A DNA stretch of 32,000 bases from Aliivibrio fischeri ES114 (GTDB lineage: Bacteria > Pseudomonadota > Gammaproteobacteria > Enterobacterales > Vibrionaceae): NCBI RefSeq assembly GCF_000011805.1, contig NC_006841.2; one strand, written 5' to 3'. Shown in pieces: positions 20,151 to 28,804 of the stretch. The position numbers and the translations under genes were made by a program. Every line of letters begins with the position of its first letter. Position 1 is the stretch's first letter. A model generated the notes under the pieces. It was not told the DNA's origin. It worked only from the letters and a program-made list of their open reading frames with translations, and ran no database searches.

Positions 20151-20543
20151 ATGTCAGGAATTTTAGAATTAGATGAACTGCTTAAAACAATGAAGCCAGA
20201 ACTGTTAACTCAAGAGTATGTGTTTTGCTGTGTGGAAGGGGAGCTGAAAGAATATATTAGCTTAAACCCTATCGGGAGTTTTGTTGAGCAAGAAGGATTA
20301 ACCTTAGTTTTAGAGAAAGACGTTGCTCTTAAGGAAAACATCCCATTTGAAGGGGTATTTCGTCAAATAACGTTAACGGTTCATTCAAGTTTAGATGCTG
20401 TAGGTCTCACTGCCGCTGTATCAACTAAATTAGCATCAAAAGGGATAAGTGCGAATGTGGTGGCCGCGTTTTATCATGATCATATTTTTGTTCAATCTAG
20501 TAAGGCTGAGTTGGCATTATCTGCGTTAAAAGAGATCGAATAA
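20151..20543 (+). CDS. ACT-domain-containing protein
   Basis: SGILELDELLKTMKPELLTQEYVFCCV...LTVHSSLDAVGLTAAVSTKLASKGISANVVAAFYHDHIFVQSSKAELALSAL, ACT-like ligand-binding fold pattern. ORF track starts at 20139; ATG 20151 is also possible. Confidence 0.75.
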   Translation: MSGILELDELLKTMKPELLTQEYVFCCVEGELKEYISLNPIGSFVEQEGLTLVLEKDVALKENIPFEGVFRQITLTVHSSLDAVGLTAAVSTKLASKGISANVVAAFYHDHIFVQSSKAELALSALKEIE

Positions 20544-20623
20544 TCACTATACATTTTATATGGCATTGCTAATGCCTATGGTAAAATCAGAGCTCATTTT
20601 TTTGTTAACCAAGAAGTATAAAC

Positions 20624-20971
20624 ATGGATATTCAACGTATTAACCCAAGCGAAAAATGGTCTGATGTAACAGTATTTAATAAAATGGCTCATTTTGTTGA
20701 AGTGGCAGAAGATGAAACGGCAGATATGCTAGGCCAAACTGAGCAAGTATTCGCTCAAGCTGAAGCGATGCTAGCAAGTGTAAATAGTGATAAGTCTCGT
20801 TTAGTATCGGTTACTATTTATGTAACTGATTTTGCTAATCTAGCCGTATTTAATGAAGCATGGATAAAGTGGTTACCAGAAGGGTGTGCTCCAAGCCGTG
20901 CCTGTTTAAAAGTAGAGCTTGCCGATCCTAATTACTTGGTTGAAATCGCATTCGTTGCTGCAGTTAAGTGA
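20624..20971 (+). CDS. RidA (YjgF/YER057c/UK114) family protein
   Basis: 115 aa; VSVTIYVTDFANLAVFNEAWIKWLPEGCAPSRACLKVELADPNYLVEIAFVAAV, RidA-family C-terminal signature. Confidence 0.85.
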   Translation: MDIQRINPSEKWSDVTVFNKMAHFVEVAEDETADMLGQTEQVFAQAEAMLASVNSDKSRLVSVTIYVTDFANLAVFNEAWIKWLPEGCAPSRACLKVELADPNYLVEIAFVAAVK

Positions 20972-20977
20972 TGATTA

Positions 20978-21008
20978 TGTCGCTAAATAGGAAGTCTATT
21001 TAGTGGCA
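20978..21008 (+). other. Stem-loop after the RidA-family gene
   Basis: tgtcgctaaata (20978-20989) / tatttagtggca (20997-21008): 12 pairs including two G-U as RNA; no T tract immediately after. Confidence 0.4.
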
Positions 21009-21137
21009 TAAATACAGATTTATTCAGTTGTTGTTTGCTCCTGTTTATAATGAAATGCTTATTATCAATAAATATGCTTTACAATCTTCGGGCTTTGATT
21101 TAGTTTAACAACAATTATTTTATAGAGTGTATAAGTT

Positions 21138-21233
21138 ATGTTTACGAACATTAAAAACAATCTGACTGCTTATCAAGCAGAATCGAGCAAGATTGCGTAT
21201 ACACTTGTCTCTGTCGTCGTTGTCATTCACTGA
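21138..21233 (+). CDS. Putative branched-chain amino-acid leader peptide upstream of brnQ
   Basis: ATG…TGA encodes MFTNIKNNLTAYQAESSKIAYTLVSVVVVIH, with a terminal Leu-Val-Ser-Val-Val-Val-Val-Ile run; overlaps a terminator-like hairpin and precedes brnQ by about 100 nt. Not in the supplied ORF track (too short). Confidence 0.7.
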   Translation: MFTNIKNNLTAYQAESSKIAYTLVSVVVVIH

Positions 21234-21249
21234 TACTGACGGCTTTTTT
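21213..21249 (+). terminator. Attenuator terminator hairpin upstream of brnQ
   Basis: 5' arm gtcgtcgttgtca (21213-21225), loop ttcac, 3' arm tgatactgacggc (21231-21243): 12 of 13 pairs including three G-U, followed directly by TTTTTT (21244-21249). Confidence 0.65.
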
Positions 21250-21259
21250 ATTCGTCAGT
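21235..21259 (+). promoter_or_regulatory. Alternative hairpin, mutually exclusive with the terminator
   Basis: actgacg (21235-21241) / cgtcagt (21253-21259), a 7-bp perfect stem using nucleotides of the terminator 3' arm. Confidence 0.45.
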
Positions 21260-21334
21260 TAGGCTGGCGGATAGAGCACTCCTTTTATATCTTCTAGCCC
21301 AACTGATACCAAGTTAACTTATAAGGTATGTTGT

Positions 21335-22651
21335 GTGAACAGAAGAGATCTCGCTGCTATTGGCTTTATGACCTTCGCCTTGTTTTTAGGTGCTGGCAAT
21401 CTAATTTATCCACCATTAATGGCTCAACAAGCAGGTGAAAACTGGTTGATTGCTATTGTTGGCTTTCTCCTTACTGCCGTTGGTCTACCTGCATTTACAC
21501 TTGTCGTGTTAGGGCGCTTATCTTCTGCTGATAAATTAACAGCGCTATTACCTAAATGGATGGACCGTTCATTTTGGTTTTTAGTTTTAACCACTTTAGG
21601 CCCTGCATTTGTATTACCTCGAGCTGTAACTGTTGCTTATGAAATGGGGGTAAAGCCTTTTTATTCTGGAAATGGCTTAATGGTTTTTTCTGCTTTATTT
21701 TGTGCATTAACGCTGTGGTTAGCACTAAAGCCGGGTAAGTTAGTTGATTATATTGGTAAAGTGATGACACCTGCTTTAATCGCTATGCTAGCGGTATTGG
21801 TTATTGCAGCATTAGTAAACCCTTTAGGGGAACCAAGCCAAGCGATTGAAGTATATCAACAAGCTCCTGCGGTGAATGGTTTAATTCAGGGTTACATGAC
21901 ATTAGATGCTATTGCTGCAGTTGCGTTTGGTTGGGTGATTATTCAAACTATTCGCAGTAAAGGAATTGAAGAGAAAAAAGCGATTTCTTATTACACCATT
22001 CGTATTGCGGTTATTTATTCTGTTTTAATGTCGTTATGTTATTTAGCTATGGGCTATTTGGGTTCTACATCATCTGAAATTGCACCAAGTGCAACCAATG
22101 GTGGTGAGATCTTAACGCGTTATGCTGCAGGTGAGTTTGGCATGTTAGGTCAAATTTTATTAGCTGCAATTACATTAATGGCTTGCTTAACGACAACCAT
22201 CGGCCTAACAAATGCAAACTCACAGTATTATAAAAATACTTACGGAATTACATTTAAAGCTAGTGCAACAGTGATCATGGTATTAACGGCAATTATTTCA
22301 AACTTCGGTCTAGAAACTATCATTGAAGTAAGTCTTCCAGCGATTTTAATTTTGTGTCCTATTGCCATTTCATTGATCATCGCTATGGTGTTAATTTCTG
22401 AAAAATCAGAATCAAATACGTTAACGATTTCAATGAGCCACACAGCTGTTGTATGTATTGCAGCGCTGTTTGGTACAATTGATGCCTTACATATTTTAGG
22501 TAAGTTGCCTGAAGGTATGGCAGCGTTTTGTGAACAATGGCTACCGTTGTTCTCATCACATACATCCTGGTTGTTACCTGTCTTTATAACTATTTTTGTT
22601 CATAAGCTGTTTAATAAAACAGTGTTAAAGAACGTTGTAGTAAATAATTAG
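21335..22651 (+). CDS. brnQ: Branched-chain amino-acid transport system II carrier protein
   Basis: 438 aa, GTG start; DLAAIGFMTFALFLGAGNLIYPP...GLPAFTLVVLGRL, LIVCS family pattern. Confidence 0.93.
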   Translation: MNRRDLAAIGFMTFALFLGAGNLIYPPLMAQQAGENWLIAIVGFLLTAVGLPAFTLVVLGRLSSADKLTALLPKWMDRSFWFLVLTTLGPAFVLPRAVTVAYEMGVKPFYSGNGLMVFSALFCALTLWLALKPGKLVDYIGKVMTPALIAMLAVLVIAALVNPLGEPSQAIEVYQQAPAVNGLIQGYMTLDAIAAVAFGWVIIQTIRSKGIEEKKAISYYTIRIAVIYSVLMSLCYLAMGYLGSTSSEIAPSATNGGEILTRYAAGEFGMLGQILLAAITLMACLTTTIGLTNANSQYYKNTYGITFKASATVIMVLTAIISNFGLETIIEVSLPAILILCPIAISLIIAMVLISEKSESNTLTISMSHTAVVCIAALFGTIDALHILGKLPEGMAAFCEQWLPLFSSHTSWLLPVFITIFVHKLFNKTVLKNVVVNN

Positions 22652-22670
22652 TATTATTTTGCGTATTGAT

Positions 22671-22700
22671 AAAGAGCAGCCATAATGGTTGCTCTTTTTG
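22671..22700 (+). terminator. Intrinsic terminator after brnQ
   Basis: aaagagcagcc / ggttgctcttt stem with T run. Confidence 0.8.
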
Positions 22701-22724
22701 TTTTTGGAATAGGGCTTTTCGTAT

Positions 22725-23621
22725 ATGTTGGCGTTAATTTATCATCCGATATATTCTCAGTTGGCTTTGCCTGATGGGCACCGTTATCCTATTCAAAAGT
22801 ATCAGCGCTTGTATCAAGCTATTCAGTCTCATTATTCTGATGAGCTTTACTGCTGTTTCGAACCAATACCGTTATCTATTGAAGCAATTAAACAAGTCCA
22901 TGAAGAAAACTATGTAAATGCGCTAGTTACTGGAACTTTACCTGCAGCTAAAATGCGACGAATTGGTTTTCCTTGGAGCGAATCATTAATTGAGAGAACA
23001 CTGCTGTCAGCTTCTGGTACTTGTCTAACTGTTGATAAAGCATTAGAAAATGGCAGTGCTATACATTTAAGCGGTGGCTACCATCATGCTCATTATGATT
23101 TTGGTAGCGGTTTTTGCTTAGTTAATGATTTAGCTATTGCTGCACATCACGGATTAAGCAAAGACAGTATTGATAAAGTATTAATTATTGATAGTGATGT
23201 TCACCATGGTGATGGAACCGCAACACTTTGTGCTGATAGAGGTGACATCATCACGCTCTCTTTTCATTGTGATAAAAACTTTCCTGCGCGAAAACCTATC
23301 TCTGATTATGATGTTCCGTTAGCTATTGGCACTCAAGATAATGAATTTTTAGAGGCGTTTGAGCAGATTGTTGAAATGGCAATTAATCATCATCAGCCTG
23401 ATCTTATTATTTATGATGCAGGTGTAGATATTCATATTGATGATGAATTAGGCTATTTAAATATATCAACAGAAGGATTGTATCAACGAGATAAATTTAT
23501 GAGGAATATTACAGCACAAAAGGGGATCCCTATTGCTTGTGTTGTTGGTGGTGGATACAGGAGTAATCACGAAGACTTAGTTGAACCGCATTTGCAATTG
23601 ATACGTGCATTTGTTAATTAA
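22725..23621 (+). CDS. Histone deacetylase / acetoin-utilisation family (Zn-dependent deacetylase-like) protein
   Basis: 298 aa; LSGGYHHAHYDFGSGFCLVNDLAIAA, DKVLIIDSDVHHGDGTA, ISFHCDKNFP, DAGVDIHIDDELGYLNIS, VVGGGYR motifs. Confidence 0.9.
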   Translation: MLALIYHPIYSQLALPDGHRYPIQKYQRLYQAIQSHYSDELYCCFEPIPLSIEAIKQVHEENYVNALVTGTLPAAKMRRIGFPWSESLIERTLLSASGTCLTVDKALENGSAIHLSGGYHHAHYDFGSGFCLVNDLAIAAHHGLSKDSIDKVLIIDSDVHHGDGTATLCADRGDIITLSFHCDKNFPARKPISDYDVPLAIGTQDNEFLEAFEQIVEMAINHHQPDLIIYDAGVDIHIDDELGYLNISTEGLYQRDKFMRNITAQKGIPIACVVGGGYRSNHEDLVEPHLQLIRAFVN

Positions 23622-23839
23622 GTTTTAACAAGGCTCGTGACAGTGTCACTAATCTGGCGAGATGGAAGGGGGATTGTTGTTGGCTGTAGAGAAAGAAATT
23701 ATATTGTTTTTTAACTTTATGATTTAAAAGATTTATTTTCCTTTTTAGACGTTTGTTTTATCATCTGGTTTTTTTCTTTATTTTTGTATTGTTATGAAAA
23801 ATAAAAGCGTATACTCCTTTCTTTTTTTAAAAACCAAAA

Positions 23840-25525
23840 ATGAAAAAATTAATCTTGCTGCTTGCAGGTATCATCATTATTTCAGTTGCGACTGCTTTTG
23901 TTGTGAATGAAACGCTTCACTCCCATGATGTTAGTGATAGATCTGTTGATTATAAGAAGCAGCTCATTGAACTATCAACGGTATGTAAGTCACTTGAATG
24001 CCAAGTTATTGCCGATTTTAACCGCTTTAATAAAAACGAATATCAAAATAATATTGAAGATATAGCTGAAAGTATTCGACCAATTATTAATTATCAAAAT
24101 GGTCCTAAAATTGGTACTGCAATCTTAAATATTGCATTACAAGATGGCGATCTAAATGAAGAATCCCAATTATTAGTTTTAGATAAAATAGCGACGTTAC
24201 GATATAAAGATAATGATCTTTATGGAATGATCGACCCATCATTAAAATATATAGACATTGCTCATGAAAGTGGAGATGAATTAAAAGTTGCCACTGGAGA
24301 ATTTAGCTTAGCATTAATTATTACTTATTTTAAAGGTTATGATTTTGCAAATAAAATCATTAATTCTATTCAATATAAAGATAGCTCAGATGAGTGGAAA
24401 AAATTAAAAACTAGAGCAACATTAAGTTTAGCTGAAAATAAATTAGCAATAAATAAACCTAAAAAAGCATTGGATCTTCTTGAAAATGTAGATCAATACC
24501 AAGCAGCTTACAACGAAGAAGATTGGCGTGATTATCATGTTTATCTATTATCTCTGAGAGCCGAAGCTTATGATGAGATTGGTTTGAGCGAGAAAGCAAA
24601 TCAATGTTTAATGCTTGCTCAGGTTGAGTTAGAGAAAGATAAAGTTAGCTTATTATTAGATAAACATATTTTAATAAAGATAATTGAATTCAAATTAGCA
24701 TTAAAAAATGAAAATTATTCATTGATTGAAAATAAGAAAGAAGAACTATTAAAAATAGCAGATAGGACGAATCAAATAAGATTTACTAAATTAGTGTATT
24801 CAACTCTTTTTGATTATTACCTTAAAACGAATAATACAATCGAATTTTACAATTTAAATAAAAGGTACAATGCTGTACGTGATGAAAGACAGAGTGCCAG
24901 TTATCATCTTTTGATTTCAAATAAATTAAAGCAAAGTGAAAATAGTCATTTGAATGAAGACCATCAACAATCGTTGTTATTTTTAAAAATTGCATTTGTC
25001 ATATTACTTGTTATCTCATCATTATTATTAATGATGGTAGTTAAAATAAAGTATCTGAATATTGAAACGTATACGGATCCACTCACTCGTTCATTAAACC
25101 GAAGAAAGTTTATGATTGATTATGAGGGGATTGCACAGAAGGACCATGCGTTTTTAATCTTAGACATTGATGGATTTAAGGCAATTAATGACAGTTTTGG
25201 TCATGAGGTTGGAGATGAGGTATTAGAAAAAGTTGCACGTGAAATCGCTCTAATACTTGGGAATCATCATAAATGTTACCGGATAGGCGGTGAAGAATTT
25301 GTTGTTCTCTTTACTTTGATTGAGCCTCTAGATTGTATTGAATTGGCTGAAGATATACGTAGAAGTGTTGAGAACTTACAGTGGAATCATGACCTTAAAG
25401 TAACAATTAGCGGTGGATTGAGTTTCTCTGGTAAAGAAAAAAACACGTATAAACTAGCTGATGAATTGCTTTATAACGCAAAGCGTACAAGCAAAAATGT
25501 TATTTTGAACGACAGTATCTATTAA
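23840..25525 (+). CDS. Membrane-anchored diguanylate cyclase with TPR-like sensory region (GGDEF/GGEEF)
   Basis: 561 aa; N-terminal TM, helical-repeat-like region, second TM before DPLTRSLNRRKFMIDYEGIA...YRIGGEEFVVLF. Confidence 0.9.
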   Translation: MKKLILLLAGIIIISVATAFVVNETLHSHDVSDRSVDYKKQLIELSTVCKSLECQVIADFNRFNKNEYQNNIEDIAESIRPIINYQNGPKIGTAILNIALQDGDLNEESQLLVLDKIATLRYKDNDLYGMIDPSLKYIDIAHESGDELKVATGEFSLALIITYFKGYDFANKIINSIQYKDSSDEWKKLKTRATLSLAENKLAINKPKKALDLLENVDQYQAAYNEEDWRDYHVYLLSLRAEAYDEIGLSEKANQCLMLAQVELEKDKVSLLLDKHILIKIIEFKLALKNENYSLIENKKEELLKIADRTNQIRFTKLVYSTLFDYYLKTNNTIEFYNLNKRYNAVRDERQSASYHLLISNKLKQSENSHLNEDHQQSLLFLKIAFVILLVISSLLLMMVVKIKYLNIETYTDPLTRSLNRRKFMIDYEGIAQKDHAFLILDIDGFKAINDSFGHEVGDEVLEKVAREIALILGNHHKCYRIGGEEFVVLFTLIEPLDCIELAEDIRRSVENLQWNHDLKVTISGGLSFSGKEKNTYKLADELLYNAKRTSKNVILNDSIY

Positions 25526-25554
25526 ATTATTATCAATTATTCCCACTGATTAAG

Positions 25555-25581
25555 CCGCTAATTTAAGTTAGCGGTTTTTTT
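25555..25581 (+). terminator. Intrinsic terminator after the GGDEF gene
   Basis: ccgctaa-tttaag-ttagcgg followed by a T run. Confidence 0.8.
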
Positions 25582-25805
25582 ATATGCGTAATTGTTACTG
25601 AACTCACACTTTGGATCTGAGGGTACAAAAGTCCAGTAAATGCTTGAAATATCAACTTACCAACCGTGTCATTTATTCATATTATTTCCTCATCGAATGA
25701 AACCCAATGCATTTAAAATTGAATTGCTTTCGAAGTTAACATTTTGAAATGTAATGGTTTTATGTTTTTAAAATATTAGCTCAAACATGAGCGTAGGAAA
25801 TAAAA

Positions 25806-26237
25806 ATGATTACATCATTAGTTAATACCGACTTAATTACATTGGATTTAAAATCAACTACAAAAGATGGTGTTTTTTCTGAACTGGCTGAAACACTGCT
25901 TCAAAATGGTCGCATTAATAATAAAGAAAATTTCTTAACTGATATTTATACGCGTGAAGCACAATGTGTAACTAGTGACATGGGTATTGCTTATCCACAC
26001 GCTAAAAGCCCGTCAGTTATCACTCCTGCAATTGCGGTAGGGGTATCTAAAGAGCCTATTGAATATCAAGCTGATGATGAACAGCCAAGCGTATTTTTTA
26101 TGATTGCCTCACCAGAAAGCGGCGATCACCACATTTATGCACTACAAGCGTTATTTGAAAAATTTGGTGATGACCTGATTGCAGATATGCAAAAAGCGAC
26201 CACTAAACAACAAATTTTAGATCTATTGACTAACTAA
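25806..26237 (+). CDS. PTS EIIA component, fructose/mannitol type
   Basis: 143 aa; VTSDMGIAYPHAKSPSVITPAIAVGV (EIIA active-site His context) next to an EIIC-EIIB gene. Confidence 0.88.
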   Translation: MITSLVNTDLITLDLKSTTKDGVFSELAETLLQNGRINNKENFLTDIYTREAQCVTSDMGIAYPHAKSPSVITPAIAVGVSKEPIEYQADDEQPSVFFMIASPESGDHHIYALQALFEKFGDDLIADMQKATTKQQILDLLTN

Positions 26238-26254
26238 CTTTTAGGATTACTTTT

Positions 26255-27658
26255 ATGTCAACGATGACTGCAACGCATAATCAAAGTGATTGGAAACAAA
26301 CACTATCAAAATTAAAAGGACACTTACTTTTTGGTACTTCTCATATGCTTCCATTCGTGGTCGCTGGTGGGGTTCTGTTAGCTTTAGCGGTAATGGCAAC
26401 AGGTAAAGGTGCGGTTCCTGATACAGGTATTTTAGCTGATATATCAACCATTGCGATTAAGGGCTTAGTGCTTTTCCCTATTATTCTTGGTGGTTTTATT
26501 GGTTACTCAATTGCGGATAAACCAGCATTAGCGCCAGCATTTATTGCATCAGGCATTATGGCTGATTTAGGCGGTGGTTTCCTAGGTTGTATCGTCGCAG
26601 GTTTCATTGCCGGTGGTGTGGTTCTTCAACTTAAGAAACTTCCAATTCCAGCTCATTTAAGTGCATTAGGCGTATACTTTATTTACCCTCTAGTTGGTAC
26701 ATTAGTATCTGCGGGTATCGTAATGTGGGGCTTAGGTGCTGCTATCTCTTCTTTCATGGTTGGCATGAATGAATTCCTAGCATCAATGGCAGGTTCTTCT
26801 AAAGCGGTACTTGGTGCGATTCTTGGTGGTATGACAGCGTTTGATATGGGCGGTCCAATCAACAAAGTAGCAACTTTGTTCGCTCAAACACAAGTAAATA
26901 CACAACCATGGTTAATGGGTGGTGTTGGTATCGCGATTTGTACTCCACCGCTAGGTATGGCGCTTGCAACTTTCTTATTTAAGAAGAAATTCTCTAAAGA
27001 AGAGCAAGAAGCAGGTAAAGCAGCGGCAATCATGGGCTCAATTGGTATCTCTGAAGGTGCAATCCCATTCGCAGCAAACGATCCAGTACGTGTTCTACCA
27101 TCTATCGTAATTGGCGGTATGGTTGGTTGTGTGTTTGGTTTCTTAACTGACGTGTTACTTCATGCTCCATGGGGTGGTTTAATTACAGCTCCTGTATCTA
27201 GCAACATTCCAATGTATGTTGTAGGTATTGCACTAGGTTCGTTAACAACAGCATTAATCGTAGGTTTCTGGAAACCTGTTGTTATCGAAGAAGATGAAGT
27301 TGTTGTTGCTGCTCCGTCAGAAACACAAGCAGCAGCACCAGTGGCTGGTGAAGGTGAGTATGATGTTCTAGCTGTGACTTGTTGTCCGTCTGGTGTAGCT
27401 CACACATTCATGGCAGCAAAAGCACTAGAAAAAGCAGGTGCGGCAGCTGGTATCAAGATTAAAGTTGAAACTCAAGGCTCTAATGGCCTAATGAATAAGC
27501 TAACCGCAAAAGATGTAGAAAACGCTAAATTCATTATTCTTGCTCATGATATTCCAGTAAAAGAAGCAGAACGTTTTACTAACATTCGCCAAGTTGAATG
27601 TTCAACAAAAGGTGCAATGAAAACGGCATTATCATTAATTCAAGATAACCTTAAATAA
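26255..27658 (+). CDS. PTS fructose-type EIICB component
   Basis: 467 aa; EIIC membrane domain (GHLLFGTSHMLPFVVAGGVLLALAVMATG...TAFDMGGPINKVATLFA) and EIIB domain (VTCCPSGVAHTFMAAKALEKAG). Confidence 0.93.
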   Translation: MSTMTATHNQSDWKQTLSKLKGHLLFGTSHMLPFVVAGGVLLALAVMATGKGAVPDTGILADISTIAIKGLVLFPIILGGFIGYSIADKPALAPAFIASGIMADLGGGFLGCIVAGFIAGGVVLQLKKLPIPAHLSALGVYFIYPLVGTLVSAGIVMWGLGAAISSFMVGMNEFLASMAGSSKAVLGAILGGMTAFDMGGPINKVATLFAQTQVNTQPWLMGGVGIAICTPPLGMALATFLFKKKFSKEEQEAGKAAAIMGSIGISEGAIPFAANDPVRVLPSIVIGGMVGCVFGFLTDVLLHAPWGGLITAPVSSNIPMYVVGIALGSLTTALIVGFWKPVVIEEDEVVVAAPSETQAAAPVAGEGEYDVLAVTCCPSGVAHTFMAAKALEKAGAAAGIKIKVETQGSNGLMNKLTAKDVENAKFIILAHDIPVKEAERFTNIRQVECSTKGAMKTALSLIQDNLK

Positions 27659-27679
27659 TAGTTTGCTCTAAGTTAATTA

Positions 27680-27711
27680 AAAGCCTCTTACTCCCCCTAA
27701 GAGGCTTTTTG
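27680..27711 (+). terminator. Intrinsic terminator after the PTS operon
   Basis: aaagcctctta-ctccccc-taagaggcttt followed by T run. Confidence 0.85.
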
Positions 27712-27721
27712 TTATTAACAA

Positions 27722-27756
27722 TAAAAAGCCCGCATTATTTCCTTATACTGCGGGCT
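27722..27756 (-). terminator. Intrinsic terminator for the HdeD-like gene
   Basis: agcccgc (27727-27733) / gcgggct (27750-27756), with an A run on the + strand at its left edge, i.e. a T tract for minus-strand transcription. Confidence 0.75.
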
Positions 27757-27812
27757 ATCTTTTTTAATTCGGAACTCAGTCGTTCATTACTGGTAGATCT
27801 AGAATCAATTTA

Positions 27813-28373
27813 TTATGCCTTTGATGCATTTCTGAGTCGTAAACCAATGAATAGAAAACTCATTCCTTCAAAGATTAGCGATACACCAACAAAAGTACCT
27901 AATAAGGATAGAGAAAATTCAGGATTATCGAATAGGCTAAAGAAGTACCCACCGATAACGACAGAAAGTAATCCACTCAAAATAACCATTCCACAACCAG
28001 GAAGGCTTCTATTGGTAAACCCAAAAATCATGCGTGTTAGGCCATTAAAGATCATAATCACAATCATGATGGTAGTGATGGTCATAAGCCCTTCTAGTGG
28101 CTTAAAGAGAATAAATAGAGCACCAACAATATAAAATAAAGCACTTAATACATACCATAATTTTTCTTTCCAAGAGTGAATACGAAAAGTATGGTAAACC
28201 TGAACTAACCCTGTAATTAATAATAGGGTGCCGATGATTGTTGAAATCGTCACACCAGCCATAACAGGTAGGCTAGTTGCTCCTAACCCAGCAAGCGCGA
28301 CAATGACGCCAACAATAATAAAATATTTCCAACCTTTGGAAATTAAAGCCTGACTTGGAGTTTGATTTTCCAT
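27813..28373 (-). CDS. HdeD/DUF308-family membrane protein
   Basis: 186 aa with paired TM helices; GWKYFIIVGVIVALAGLGATSLPVMAGVTISTIIGTLLLITGLVQVYHTF, DUF308 pattern. Confidence 0.85.
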   Translation of the reverse strand: MENQTPSQALISKGWKYFIIVGVIVALAGLGATSLPVMAGVTISTIIGTLLLITGLVQVYHTFRIHSWKEKLWYVLSALFYIVGALFILFKPLEGLMTITTIMIVIMIFNGLTRMIFGFTNRSLPGCGMVILSGLLSVVIGGYFFSLFDNPEFSLSLLGTFVGVSLIFEGMSFLFIGLRLRNASKA

Positions 28374-28804
28374 TTTAACCTCTGAGTTAAATATAATACC
28401 AATCTACATAAGTACTTGTTCATTCTTGCTTGTTAAAATAGATTATATCTGTGTTATAAATTTTGTAATTAGATCCACTAGTTACTGTAATTTATGCCTT
28501 GATCTAATCGATTTTTCCTACGCAATTATCTGAACAACTACTTATCCAGAATGGTATAAGAGACGTTAAGATTGTAGTCCTAAAAAGTAGATTTGACTTA
28601 AAGCAATCTAAGTTTTCAAAATTTTTGATTGTGCGTGTGTTTTATTCTTTTTGTATAAGAAAAATACTATTTTTTGGATGCTATATATTTATTTGTGATT
28701 TGCCATGGCTATAGAACCTATACTTAAAATAGTGCTTGTGGAAACAGGCTAAAAGTCTATGATTATTAACATATAAAATGATTGAATAAATTAAGGATGG
28801 CTGC

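Noticed and set aside
23622-23839. gtgacagtgtcac palindrome before the GGDEF gene
   Set aside because: Only a 5-bp stem with a 3-nt centre; no second copy in the window and no link to a known regulator, so not distinguishable from chance.
25739-25752. acattttgaaatgt palindrome before the PTS EIIA gene
   Set aside because: Short AT-rich palindrome in an AT-rich spacer, expected by chance; does not match CRP or Cra consensus well enough.
27709-28134. 141-aa plus-strand ORF at the terminators and opposite the HdeD-like gene
   Set aside because: Overlaps two terminator stems and is antisense to a typical DUF308 membrane protein.
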